A DNA stretch of 64,000 nucleotides. It comes from Dehalococcoidia bacterium. GTDB lineage: Bacteria; Chloroflexota; Dehalococcoidia; GIF9; UBA5629. The stretch covers positions 25,007-89,006 of the forward strand of contig DAOTVU010000029.1 in NCBI GenBank assembly GCA_034436215.1, in the 5' to 3' direction. Positions 10,856 to 19,841 of the stretch are shown here, one piece after another. The translations under genes and the position numbers were made by a program. Under the pieces are notes generated by a model. The model did not search any database. It was not told where the DNA came from and worked only from the letters and a program-made list of their open reading frames with translations. Numbering within the stretch: position 1 is the first letter of the stretch; every line of letters begins with the position of its first letter.

Positions 10856-12678
10856 CTGTCTGTGACTCCTGTCAATGGAGCAATCGCTCGTCTGGGACAG
10901 ACCTGCTCACACACCGCGCATGCATCTCCCATGCAGGACAATTGATCGATAATAATCTCATCATCTTTTTTTTGAATAGCCGGGCATCCGATCATAAGAC
11001 AAACACCACATTTATTACATCTGGCGGTATCCACATACCTTTTATTTTTGCGTTCTTTATTGATAACAGCGCACTTACCTTTTATAACAATCACGGACAA
11101 TTCGTTATTATCTAGAGAAGATTTTACAGCAGATCTTATAGATTTAATATCAAATGCATTTACAACCTTAATATCATCAACTCCTATTCCCTTTACGAGA
11201 TTTTCTATACGTACTGCTTTAGTTGGCTTTCCCTGTGCTGTAACTCCAGAGCCCGGGTGATCCTGATGTCCTGTCATAGCAGTTGTACCGTTATCCAGTA
11301 TGATGACTGTGATCTTTGAGTCGTTATAAACAGCATCAACTATACCTGTTATACCTGAATGCAGGAAAGTAGAATCGCCAATGACAGCGACTATTTTGCT
11401 TGTAGTACCGGCCTTCTCCAATCCTATAGCCTGTCCGATACTTGCACCCATACAGGCAGTTGTATCCATTGCTCTAAGCGGTGGATAAGCAGCCAGAGTA
11501 TAACAGCCGATATCTCCCGTAATTATGAGCTTGGATTCAACTTTTGATCTACCGTTCGAGTCTAATATTTTAGCTCTTTGGCCTAATGTACTCAGTACAA
11601 AAAATACACCTGCATGAGGACATCCCGGGCATAGCAAAGGAGGCCTGCCCGGAAGATCCTTAATAATCTGAACATCATCGATTTTACTAATTTCTGTTTC
11701 AATGCCAGCCTTAAACGCTGCAACATTGAGGATACTTTTATTGAGTTCGCCGGTTCGTGGGAGGTACTGTTTACCTTCCACCTTTAATCCCAGTATTTTT
11801 ACGTTTTCTTCAAGAAATGGATCCAGTTCTTCAACTACAAATAATCTCTCGACCCTGCTGGCAAATTCAGTTAATAATTTGGGAGGCAAAGGGAATACCA
11901 TGCCCAATTTTAAAAATGAAGCATTTTTAAATGTTTCTCTGGCATACTGATAACTTACGCCGCTGGTAATAATTCCAAGCCTTTTATCTCTATATATCAC
12001 CTGGTTTGCCGGCGTTGTCTCTGCCAGTTTTGATAAATCAGTAATACGATTATGCATATGAGGTACCCTGATACGTGCATTACTGGGTAACATTACATAC
12101 TTACCTATATCATGGAAAAACCTTTTTTTATTTATGTATCTGGCAGGATCAACGTCCATTTCAACAACCGATTTTGAATGGGCTATTCGTGTGGTTATTC
12201 TGAAAAGAACTGGTGTATCATATTTTTCACTGATTTCGAATGCAATAAAGATAAAGTTGTAAGCGTCCTGGCTGTCAGAGGGCTCCAGCATAGGTACTCT
12301 TGCAAGTCTGGCAAAGTGTCGGTTGTCTTGTTCACCCTGTGAGCTGTGTATACCCGGATCATCAGCTGATATAACCACGAGTCCGCCATTAATGCCGGTT
12401 GTCGCTGCAGCTAAAAACGCGTCTGCTGCCACATTAAGTCCAACATGCTTCATTGATACAATAGATCTAACACCAGCATAGGAAGCACCCAGACCGACTT
12501 CCATGGCAACTTTTTCATTGGTGGACCATTCAGCATATATATCTTTGAAAGTAGCCAGCGTCTCTAATATTTCTGTGCTGGGTGTACCGGGATAGGCGCT
12601 GGCAACGCCGACACCCGCATGGTAGGCAGCAATCGCTATAGATTCGTTGCCCGAGAGTAACCTTCGGATCTTTTCCAT
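10852..12678 (-). CDS. iorA: indolepyruvate:ferredoxin oxidoreductase alpha subunit
   Basis: N-terminus MEKIRRLLSGNESIAIAAYHAGV is typical for IorA. It has a TPP-binding region (GDSTFLHSG) and two ferredoxin-type cluster motifs, CNKCGVCLMIGCP and C...CAVCEQVCP. The ORF-track TTG start at 12753 adds 25 atypical residues, so I use ATG 12678. Confidence 0.88.
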   Translation of the reverse strand: MEKIRRLLSGNESIAIAAYHAGVGVASAYPGTPSTEILETLATFKDIYAEWSTNEKVAMEVGLGASYAGVRSIVSMKHVGLNVAADAFLAAATTGINGGLVVISADDPGIHSSQGEQDNRHFARLARVPMLEPSDSQDAYNFIFIAFEISEKYDTPVLFRITTRIAHSKSVVEMDVDPARYINKKRFFHDIGKYVMLPSNARIRVPHMHNRITDLSKLAETTPANQVIYRDKRLGIITSGVSYQYARETFKNASFLKLGMVFPLPPKLLTEFASRVERLFVVEELDPFLEENVKILGLKVEGKQYLPRTGELNKSILNVAAFKAGIETEISKIDDVQIIKDLPGRPPLLCPGCPHAGVFFVLSTLGQRAKILDSNGRSKVESKLIITGDIGCYTLAAYPPLRAMDTTACMGASIGQAIGLEKAGTTSKIVAVIGDSTFLHSGITGIVDAVYNDSKITVIILDNGTTAMTGHQDHPGSGVTAQGKPTKAVRIENLVKGIGVDDIKVVNAFDIKSIRSAVKSSLDNNELSVIVIKGKCAVINKERKNKRYVDTARCNKCGVCLMIGCPAIQKKDDEIIIDQLSCMGDACAVCEQVCPRRAIAPLTGVTDR

Positions 12679-12754
12679 TATTTTTTGCTGTCTATTTTGA
12701 TATGAAAATTGAATAGGGTTTCTATTATAATTGTCGGTCAGTAATAAATTCAAA

Positions 12755-13054
12755 TTAAAAAGGCGAAGGTTTCTTTCGCAGTTGATCTATTAAACTATCC
12801 AGTGCAATTGCGGGCAAAGTTAGGCTCTGCAGTCCGCCAGTAGATAGGTGAATTGCAAGCTCTGCAGCTTTTTCATTGCTCGGTGCATCAACAATATGCA
12901 CAAAATCGTACGGCCCCAGTAAGGCATACTGCGCCAAAATTTTGACGCCCATATATTCAACTTCTTTATTTAGTTCTTTGAGCCTTTCGGGATATTCTTC
13001 TATTGCCCTTCTGCCGTCACCAGTCAATGTTGAAAGCATAAGATAAATAGCCAT
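12755..13054 (-). CDS. GYD domain-containing protein
   Basis: 99 aa from ATG 13054, preceded by GGAGGGG. It has the LGPYDFV (GxYD) motif and the size typical of the GYD family. It is the first gene of the ior operon. Confidence 0.7.
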   Translation of the reverse strand: MAIYLMLSTLTGDGRRAIEEYPERLKELNKEVEYMGVKILAQYALLGPYDFVHIVDAPSNEKAAELAIHLSTGGLQSLTLPAIALDSLIDQLRKKPSPF

Positions 13055-13249
13055 AATCCCCTCCACAAAATATTCGATTTTGGATGACGATATTTTACCA
13101 TCAAAACTCGGGTGATGTAACTTATTGTATACGGCTACTTGACATTATTATATAAAAGTAATGTATTATATTATACTGATAAAAGTATTTATATAAATAT
13201 CATTATTTAACCTTTTTAAAATGCACGCAAACAAGTATATCTACCGAAA

Positions 13250-13296
13250 GTGACTCCGGATGAGCTGCTGTATCCCCACAGTAGCGCTGGAGTCAC
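13250..13296 (+). promoter_or_regulatory. two-helix stem-loop in the 5' leader of the substrate-binding-protein gene
   Basis: Outer helix gtgactcc (13250-57) pairs with ggagtcac (13289-96). Inner helix gctgctgt (13264-71) pairs with acagtagc (13278-85), including one G-U pair. The element ends 68 nt upstream of ATG 13364. Confidence 0.4.
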
Positions 13297-13363
13297 GTAC
13301 CTGCTGAATAAATTAATACCTTTTACGTATTTATCAATTAATAATATTTGTGGAGGTTTATCT

Positions 13364-14614
13364 ATGAAAAGAGCGGTTTTATTATCTACTATGGCAATAA
13401 TACTTATCGTATTGCCTATTATAGCCAGCTGTGCTCCCGCCGGAAAGCCTGCTGCGCCTATGAGTAAAGAAGCCAAAGTAATTAAGGTCGGATGCACGCT
13501 CCCATTTGATAACAGCTTAGGGATAGATACTAAAAAAGCACTGGAAATGATTGTACCGGCTTTCAATAATGCAGGTGGACTTAATGTTGAGGGTCAAAAA
13601 TACTCTATAGAAATGATTATTTATGATGATAAATATACTGCTGACGGTGGAAGAGCTGCTGTTGAGAGACTTGTTAATGAAGATAAGGTTAAATACATAG
13701 TCTGTCAGGTAGGTTCAGCCCCCATATTGGCTGGACTGGTTATTACCGAACCGGCAAAGGTTTTGGTTATGTGTGGCGGGGCGGCAGCTCAGATTATCGA
13801 TCCGAAGCTTAAATATGTTTATGGAACTGCAACCTGGAGAACGAATTTAGCACCACTGTTCCCTTTACTTAAAAAAGCTTTTCCCGAAGCCAAAACAATG
13901 GTAAATTTATCACCGGATGATGATACTGGTAGAAATCTTGCCAGGGATCACACCAGAATTGCTGAGGCCCTTGGAATTAAAGTTCTTGATTCGATTTACT
14001 ATCCGCGCAGTACACAGGATTTCGCTCCATTTGCCACTAAGATAATGTCTCTCAAACCAGATATTATGGATTATCCTGGGGCACTGGCGGGTACGCAATT
14101 TGGCTTGCAGTTCAAGGCGCTTTATGAGGCCGGTTTCCGAGGAGCACATATCAGCCCTATGCCTCCCAATCTTGTAGAAGTGCTTGCAGTTACGCCCAAG
14201 GAATCACTCGAGGGCTTAATTTCGGTTTTGCCGTCAACTGAAATCCCAAATCCCACTGCAATGGCTCGTGAGTATAAAGAAGCCTGGATTGCAAAGTATG
14301 GTCAGTGGTCTGTAGCAAGTTTGACGTGGATACCTGCATTCTATTGCTTCGTAGAAGCTGTTAAGAAAGCTAATAGTCTTGATACGGATATAATAACCAA
14401 TTATCTTTCGACCAACGGCCTGGAGTGGGAGAGCCCAAATGGAAAGGCTATGCTGGTTAAACGTCCTGATTATAAAAACAACAGATTCTGTGATACATGT
14501 GCATCCCTTGATTTTGGTATATTCAAAAACGGGAAATACGAATATCTGGGAACTGTCTCCGCTTCTGAGGCTCTCAAGGCCAATCAGGATGCATTTGGTG
14601 GACAGTGGAAATAG
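13364..14614 (+). CDS. ABC transporter substrate-binding lipoprotein (LivK family)
   Basis: ATG 13364 is preceded by GGAGG. Signal peptide with lipobox IASC. Type I binding-protein pattern IKVGCTLPFDNSLG. The ORF-track start at 13250 is an extension into the leader. Confidence 0.85.
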   Translation: MKRAVLLSTMAIILIVLPIIASCAPAGKPAAPMSKEAKVIKVGCTLPFDNSLGIDTKKALEMIVPAFNNAGGLNVEGQKYSIEMIIYDDKYTADGGRAAVERLVNEDKVKYIVCQVGSAPILAGLVITEPAKVLVMCGGAAAQIIDPKLKYVYGTATWRTNLAPLFPLLKKAFPEAKTMVNLSPDDDTGRNLARDHTRIAEALGIKVLDSIYYPRSTQDFAPFATKIMSLKPDIMDYPGALAGTQFGLQFKALYEAGFRGAHISPMPPNLVEVLAVTPKESLEGLISVLPSTEIPNPTAMAREYKEAWIAKYGQWSVASLTWIPAFYCFVEAVKKANSLDTDIITNYLSTNGLEWESPNGKAMLVKRPDYKNNRFCDTCASLDFGIFKNGKYEYLGTVSASEALKANQDAFGGQWK

Positions 14615-14672
14615 GTAAATTTTCAATATTTAGCGTGTAAAATAACTGTTAAAAATTATGCAGTGTTTAGTT

Positions 14673-14703
14673 GTGTGGCTCCGATCATCATGGGGGGCCA
14701 CAC
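14673..14703 (+). promoter_or_regulatory. intercistronic hairpin between the binding-protein and permease genes
   Basis: gtgtggctcc (14673-82) pairs with ggggccacac (14694-703). That is 10 bp including one G-U, with an 11-nt loop and no clear U-tract. Confidence 0.4.
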
Positions 14704-14743
14704 TTAACTTCTCAGTTGGTAAATCGATCTGCTGAGGAAGCAA

Positions 14744-15637
14744 ATGACCGTAGGCTTATTTATTCAGTTATTAATAAATGGGCTTTCCATAGGGTCTATT
14801 TATATTCTGATGGTTCTGGGTCTAGATATAATCCTAAGGGGTACCAAGATACTGAATTTCGCTCATGGACAGCTGTATATGCTGGGAGCTTATGCGCTAT
14901 TTTTCCTCTTCCAACAGTTGCATATTGATTACGTACTCTCTCTGGTTTTAGCCGGATTGATTATATCGCTTATCGGGGCTGTAAGTTATCTGGGCGTTTT
15001 TCATGTTATCAGATCAAGATTTACCGTGAGTACAACATTTTCTTACAGGTTGCTACTCAGCGCTATGGCTTCGGTCGGTTTAATGATGATATTACAGCAG
15101 GGGACATTGCTCGGCTTTGGAACATTAGAGCGCGGTGTACAATCTCCATTCCCCCAGATTATAGCAATTTACGACATTAGATTTTCACTTCAAAGAGTAA
15201 TAGTGATTGCTTTAAGTGTAATCATATGCGTTGGACTATTTTTGTTAATGTACAAAACTCGATTGGGGAAGATATTAAGGGCGGTAAGTTATGATCCTGA
15301 AGCGGTCACATTGCAGGGGATAAATACATTTTGGATTTTCGTAATATGTTTTGCATTGGGGAGTGGCATGGCCGGTCTCGCAGGTGCGATTATTGCACCT
15401 TTATTTTCGGTCACTCCTACAATGGGACAGAATGTTATATTTTTATCTCTCTTGGTACTTCTTGTCGGCGGAATCGGTAGTTACAAGGGCACAATACTCG
15501 GTGGTTTGGTAATCGGACTCTTATTAAGCTTTGGCTTCCAATTTTTAGGCGGTGCCGCGGAGTTATTTGTATTTTTGATTGTTATAGCTATTCTAAGTAT
15601 AAGACCTGGAGGCATACTTGGCGAAGCTTCAGAATAG
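14744..15637 (+). CDS. ABC transporter permease (LivH-like)
   Basis: ATG 14744 is preceded by GAGGAAG. Motif LNFAHGQLYMLGAY. Polytopic membrane protein. Confidence 0.87.
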   Translation: MTVGLFIQLLINGLSIGSIYILMVLGLDIILRGTKILNFAHGQLYMLGAYALFFLFQQLHIDYVLSLVLAGLIISLIGAVSYLGVFHVIRSRFTVSTTFSYRLLLSAMASVGLMMILQQGTLLGFGTLERGVQSPFPQIIAIYDIRFSLQRVIVIALSVIICVGLFLLMYKTRLGKILRAVSYDPEAVTLQGINTFWIFVICFALGSGMAGLAGAIIAPLFSVTPTMGQNVIFLSLLVLLVGGIGSYKGTILGGLVIGLLLSFGFQFLGGAAELFVFLIVIAILSIRPGGILGEASE

Positions 15638-16643
15638 CCCGAAATCTGATCGAAACAGGATAATTGCAATTGCTGTTTTACTGATTGTGTTGGTAATACT
15701 GCCAATTCTAATAGAAAATGACTATGTAAAACATCTATTAATTATGGCCTGTATTAGCACTGTCCTTGGCATGACCTTCAGTCTTCTGTTTAGTACGGGT
15801 TTAATCACACTTGGTGCCGGCGCATTTTATGCTATCGGTGCATATGTATCTGCAATTCTGGCCATAAACTACGGGCTGTCTTTCTGGATTGCATTGCCTC
15901 TAACAATTATCGTTTCTTCCATCATAGCATTGATTCTGGGTGCTATTTTTGTTAAAAATGGTGGAATCGCCTTTGTGATAATTTCGTTATTATTTGCCAA
16001 TGTTGTTGTTATTGCAACCGGGCAGAGTGAATTCTTAGGGGGTTGGGGGGGGATAATTGGAATACCCAAACCCTCAGCCATAGGTCCGATAGAGTTTACA
16101 ACTAAAACGGCATTCTATTATCTTGCACTCACGTTGCTATCTATTATCATAATTATATACCTTGCGTTGTATACATCTCGTATCGGTAGGGCATGGCGGG
16201 CTATAAAGCTCAGTCCTAATTTGGCTGGCACCCTGGGGATTAATCTTTATAGATATCGTTTACTTGCATTTACTATTAGTTCTGCAACTGCAGCAACTAT
16301 GGGATCTTTTTATGCACATTATTTTCAGACCATTACCCCAAATGCTTTTAGTGGATGGCTATCTATATATATACAATTATATTCCGTATTAGGGGGCCTC
16401 GAGTATTATATAATGGGTCCAGCCATTGGAGCATTAATCATGACATTTATTCCCGAGTATTTACGTGTTATAAAGGAAATTGAGCCAATTGTTACCGGTG
16501 TGCTGTTACTTGTAATAATATTGTTTTTCCCGGGCGGCATTCTCGGTTCATTTAGGAATAGGGCTAAAAATGGAGACAGCTTTATCGGCAAGATTGGCAA
16601 AAGACTGAGTGTTTATAAAAGTTGGGTCTTTAAATCAAAATAG
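15618..16643 (+). CDS. ABC transporter permease (LivM-like)
   Basis: Polytopic protein with LivM-like ITLGAGAFYAIGAY. The only in-frame start is TTG 15618, which overlaps the end of livH by 20 nt. Confidence 0.82.
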   Translation: MAKLQNSPKSDRNRIIAIAVLLIVLVILPILIENDYVKHLLIMACISTVLGMTFSLLFSTGLITLGAGAFYAIGAYVSAILAINYGLSFWIALPLTIIVSSIIALILGAIFVKNGGIAFVIISLLFANVVVIATGQSEFLGGWGGIIGIPKPSAIGPIEFTTKTAFYYLALTLLSIIIIIYLALYTSRIGRAWRAIKLSPNLAGTLGINLYRYRLLAFTISSATAATMGSFYAHYFQTITPNAFSGWLSIYIQLYSVLGGLEYYIMGPAIGALIMTFIPEYLRVIKEIEPIVTGVLLLVIILFFPGGILGSFRNRAKNGDSFIGKIGKRLSVYKSWVFKSK

Positions 16644-16663
16644 TAATTCTGTTGGATGATTAA

Positions 16664-17428
16664 ATGGCACTACTGGAAGTTAAAAATATAACTCGTTCTT
16701 TTGGTGGACTGATAGCGCTTCGCAATCTCAGTTTTGATGTATACAATCTGGAGATAGTGGGTCTAATCGGTCCTAACGGTGCTGGAAAAAGTACTTTATT
16801 TAATATTATCAGCGGATTCTATCGGCCTGATCGAGGCAAAGTCATATTTAAAGGGGAACAGATAACCGGTTTGAGTGTAGATGAGGTCGCGCGGAAAGGT
16901 ATTGGCAGGATATTTCAGGAACCGACACTTTTCATGCAGGAAACAGTGTTTGAAAATGTTTTTACGGGATTTCACCGACATTTCGAACAATCTTACTTGA
17001 AAGCTTTTTTGCATACTAATTCTGCCAATCGTGAGGAAAAAGAAAAGAAAATAAAAGTTTTAGAAATTTTAGATTTTATGGGTCTATTAAACCTAAAAGA
17101 CGAGATTGCTGGCAATTTGCCTCATGGACACCAAAGAGCACTGGCTATTGCCATAGCTTTAGCTACGGGGCCGGAATTGCTACTTCTAGATGAACCGGTG
17201 ACAGGCATGAACCCGAGTGAAACAATGCAAATGGTGGATAAAATTAAACAGATACGTGATAGCGGCATTACAGTATTAATTGTCGAACATGATATGAAAG
17301 CGGTAATGAGTCTATGTGACAGGATTATCGTACTGAGCTTGGGCGTAAAAATATCTGAAGGCGTCCCCGATCAAATTAGACAAGATACTTTAGTTATCGA
17401 AGCATATCTCGGCAAGAGGATAGCATAA
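16664..17428 (+). CDS. ABC transporter ATP-binding protein (LivG-like)
   Basis: Walker A GPNGAGKST, Walker B LLLLDEPVTGMN and H-loop IVEHDM. Confidence 0.87.
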   Translation: MALLEVKNITRSFGGLIALRNLSFDVYNLEIVGLIGPNGAGKSTLFNIISGFYRPDRGKVIFKGEQITGLSVDEVARKGIGRIFQEPTLFMQETVFENVFTGFHRHFEQSYLKAFLHTNSANREEKEKKIKVLEILDFMGLLNLKDEIAGNLPHGHQRALAIAIALATGPELLLLDEPVTGMNPSETMQMVDKIKQIRDSGITVLIVEHDMKAVMSLCDRIIVLSLGVKISEGVPDQIRQDTLVIEAYLGKRIA

Positions 17429-17429
17429 A

Positions 17430-18137
17430 ATGCTTTTGCAGGTAGATAATATAACCGTTTACTATGGAAAGGCTGAAGTAATAAAAGAATTAAGCATTCA
17501 TGTCGATGATAAAGAGATAATTACTATTATTGGTGCTAATGGCGCCGGTAAAACAACAACTTTGAGGGCCATCTCAGGATTAAAAAATATAGATAGTGGT
17601 GCAATATGGTTTAATGGTATTAAAATTAACGGATTGCCTGCCTATCAAATTGTTAGAATGGGTATATCCCATGTTCCTGAAGGAAGAAAAATACTTGCTC
17701 CGCTAACCGTGATTGAAAATCTGGAGATAGGTGCTTATCTCTGGAAAAATAAAAGGGATCTTGCACGGGGTTATGAAGAAATTTTTCAAAGATTTCCTGT
17801 TTTGAAAGAAAGAAGAAATCAAATTGCCGGCAGTCTCAGTGGGGGAGAACAACAGATGCTAGCTATTGCCCGTGCGCTTCTAAATCAACCCCGATTGATA
17901 ATGATGGATGAACCAAGCATGGGTCTCTCGCCTATCATGGTCAATGAGGTTGTAAATATCATCAGAGATATTAATAAAAAGGGGTTAAGCGTAATTCTTG
18001 TAGAACAAAATGCTAGAATGGCACTCGCATTAGCCCATAGAGCCTATGTTCTGGAGACCGGCCGCTGCGTACTAGAAGGTAAAGCGAATTTGCTCGATAA
18101 TGATGAACGGATAAAAACAGCTTATTTAGGTGGCTAA
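17430..18137 (+). CDS. ABC transporter ATP-binding protein (LivF-like)
   Basis: Walker [11 protein letters not shown], signature LSGGEQQML and Walker B LIMMDEPSMGLSP. It starts 1 nt after the livG stop. Confidence 0.87.
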   Translation: MLLQVDNITVYYGKAEVIKELSIHVDDKEIITIIGANGAGKTTTLRAISGLKNIDSGAIWFNGIKINGLPAYQIVRMGISHVPEGRKILAPLTVIENLEIGAYLWKNKRDLARGYEEIFQRFPVLKERRNQIAGSLSGGEQQMLAIARALLNQPRLIMMDEPSMGLSPIMVNEVVNIIRDINKKGLSVILVEQNARMALALAHRAYVLETGRCVLEGKANLLDNDERIKTAYLGG

Positions 18138-18210
18138 ATAATTATTTGTATTTCATAATTCAACCAAGCCCTGGCTGTCGAAAAACAATTTAGATTATGG
18201 GGGATATCAG

Positions 18211-19761
18211 ATGATAACAATTCCAGAGATGCTCGCACGAAATGCCAGAATGTATCCCGAAGATTGTGCTCTAATTGAGCTAAAACCTTCAGTTAATTAT
18301 AGAAGAGAAATTTGTTGGAAAGATTTTGATAGCGAATCTAACCGTATAGCAAACGCTCTTATTAATGCCGGTATAGGAAAAGGTGATAAAGTAATCCACT
18401 GGATGATGAATTCCATAAATTGGCTGATAGTTTATTTTGGGATATTGAGAACTGGCGCATGGGTGGTTCCTTTAAACTTCCGATTTAATAGCCAGGATTT
18501 AATTTATTGTGCAGATATCAGTGAAGCCAAATTGATGATAATAGGGAAGGAATTTATAGACCGGGTAGATTCAGCAAAATCTCAACTGAAAAGTATCGAG
18601 AAAATAATTGCGTTTTCTGATGATTTGCCATCATACATGTTGAGTTATAGAAGCTTTACGGATGGATCTGAATGTACGGCACCTTTAACACAATTAAACG
18701 AGGATGATTGCTGCAGTCTTTACTTTACTTCTGGCACTACAGGTATTCCCAAGCCGATACTGTTAACTCACGGCAATCTTAAATGTGCGGCTATCACGGA
18801 ATATGCGCATCATCATCAAACAAAACAGGATAATTTCATTCTTATTCCGCCGCTTTACCATACAGGATCGAAGATGCATTGGTTTGGTAGTTTAATCGTT
18901 GGCGGTAAAGCAACTTTGCTAAGCGAATTCAGCCCAAAAAACGTGCTAGAAGCTGTTCACAACGAACGCGGAACCATTGTTTGGTTATTAGTTCCCTGGG
19001 CACACGATATACTGGTATCGCTTGAAAGAGGAGACCTTAAGATAAAAAATTATGATTTAAGTAACTGGAGGCTTATGCATATCGGTGCTCAGCCTGTGCC
19101 ACCAGCACTGATTAAAGAATGGAAAAAAGTGTTTCCCAATATGGCATATGATACTAACTACGGCCTTAGTGAATCCACCGGACCGGGGTGTGTGCATCTT
19201 GGAATGGAGAATGAACATAAAGTGGGAGCAATTGGAAGACCCGGGTTTAATTGGGAAGCCCGAATTGTAGATGAGAAGGGAAATGATGCGGGCAGGGGAA
19301 AGATTGGTGAGTTGATTGTGAAGGGCGATGGCGTCATGAAGGAATATTATAAAAATCCTCAAAAAACAGCCGAATGCCTAAAGAACGGTTGGTTATATAC
19401 CGGTGATATGGCAATTATGGATGATGACGGTTTCATCTATCTTGTGGATAGAAAGAAAGATGTTATTATAACAGGTGGTGAAAATATTTATCCGGTAGAA
19501 GTTGAGGATGTTTTACATAATTATGCTAAAATTTATGATGCTGCTGTTATAGGTGTACCAGATCAAAGACTCGGTGAGATTGCTATAGCGATTGTAGATC
19601 CCAAGCCGGATGTCCAGATTACGGAAGATGAAATTTTAGAGTATTGTAAAAATTCCCTGGCTAGATATAAAGTCCCTCGACGGGTTATTTTCGATAAAAT
19701 ACCCCGTAATCCTACAGGAAAAATAGAGAAAAACAAATTAAGAGATAAATATGCAAAATAG
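18211..19761 (+). CDS. AMP-forming acyl-CoA synthetase (medium/long-chain or aromatic acid--CoA ligase-like, 516 aa)
   Basis: AMP-binding signature YFTSGTTGIPKPILLTH, plus YTGD and the C-terminal PRNPTGKI motif. RBS GGGGGA lies before ATG 18211. Confidence 0.85.
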   Translation: MITIPEMLARNARMYPEDCALIELKPSVNYRREICWKDFDSESNRIANALINAGIGKGDKVIHWMMNSINWLIVYFGILRTGAWVVPLNFRFNSQDLIYCADISEAKLMIIGKEFIDRVDSAKSQLKSIEKIIAFSDDLPSYMLSYRSFTDGSECTAPLTQLNEDDCCSLYFTSGTTGIPKPILLTHGNLKCAAITEYAHHHQTKQDNFILIPPLYHTGSKMHWFGSLIVGGKATLLSEFSPKNVLEAVHNERGTIVWLLVPWAHDILVSLERGDLKIKNYDLSNWRLMHIGAQPVPPALIKEWKKVFPNMAYDTNYGLSESTGPGCVHLGMENEHKVGAIGRPGFNWEARIVDEKGNDAGRGKIGELIVKGDGVMKEYYKNPQKTAECLKNGWLYTGDMAIMDDDGFIYLVDRKKDVIITGGENIYPVEVEDVLHNYAKIYDAAVIGVPDQRLGEIAIAIVDPKPDVQITEDEILEYCKNSLARYKVPRRVIFDKIPRNPTGKIEKNKLRDKYAK

Positions 19762-19841
19762 TCCGTCAAACAGTAAATATTTGTGAATAGTTATAATTAA
19801 AAATATTATTTTTAGAATTAAATTATTAGATAATATGTTAA

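Noticed and set aside
12679-12753. TTG-initiated 25-aa N-terminal extension of iorA
   Set aside because: The extension is low-complexity (NYNRNPIQFSYQNRQQ). The canonical IorA N-terminus begins at ATG 12678. Coupling to the GYD stop codon cannot be fully excluded.
13216-13566. 116-aa minus-strand ORF, and the + strand extension from 13250, over the binding-protein leader
   Set aside because: Both run through the leader hairpin and the signal-peptide region of the real gene. The true start at 13364 has a GGAGG RBS and a lipoprotein signal peptide.
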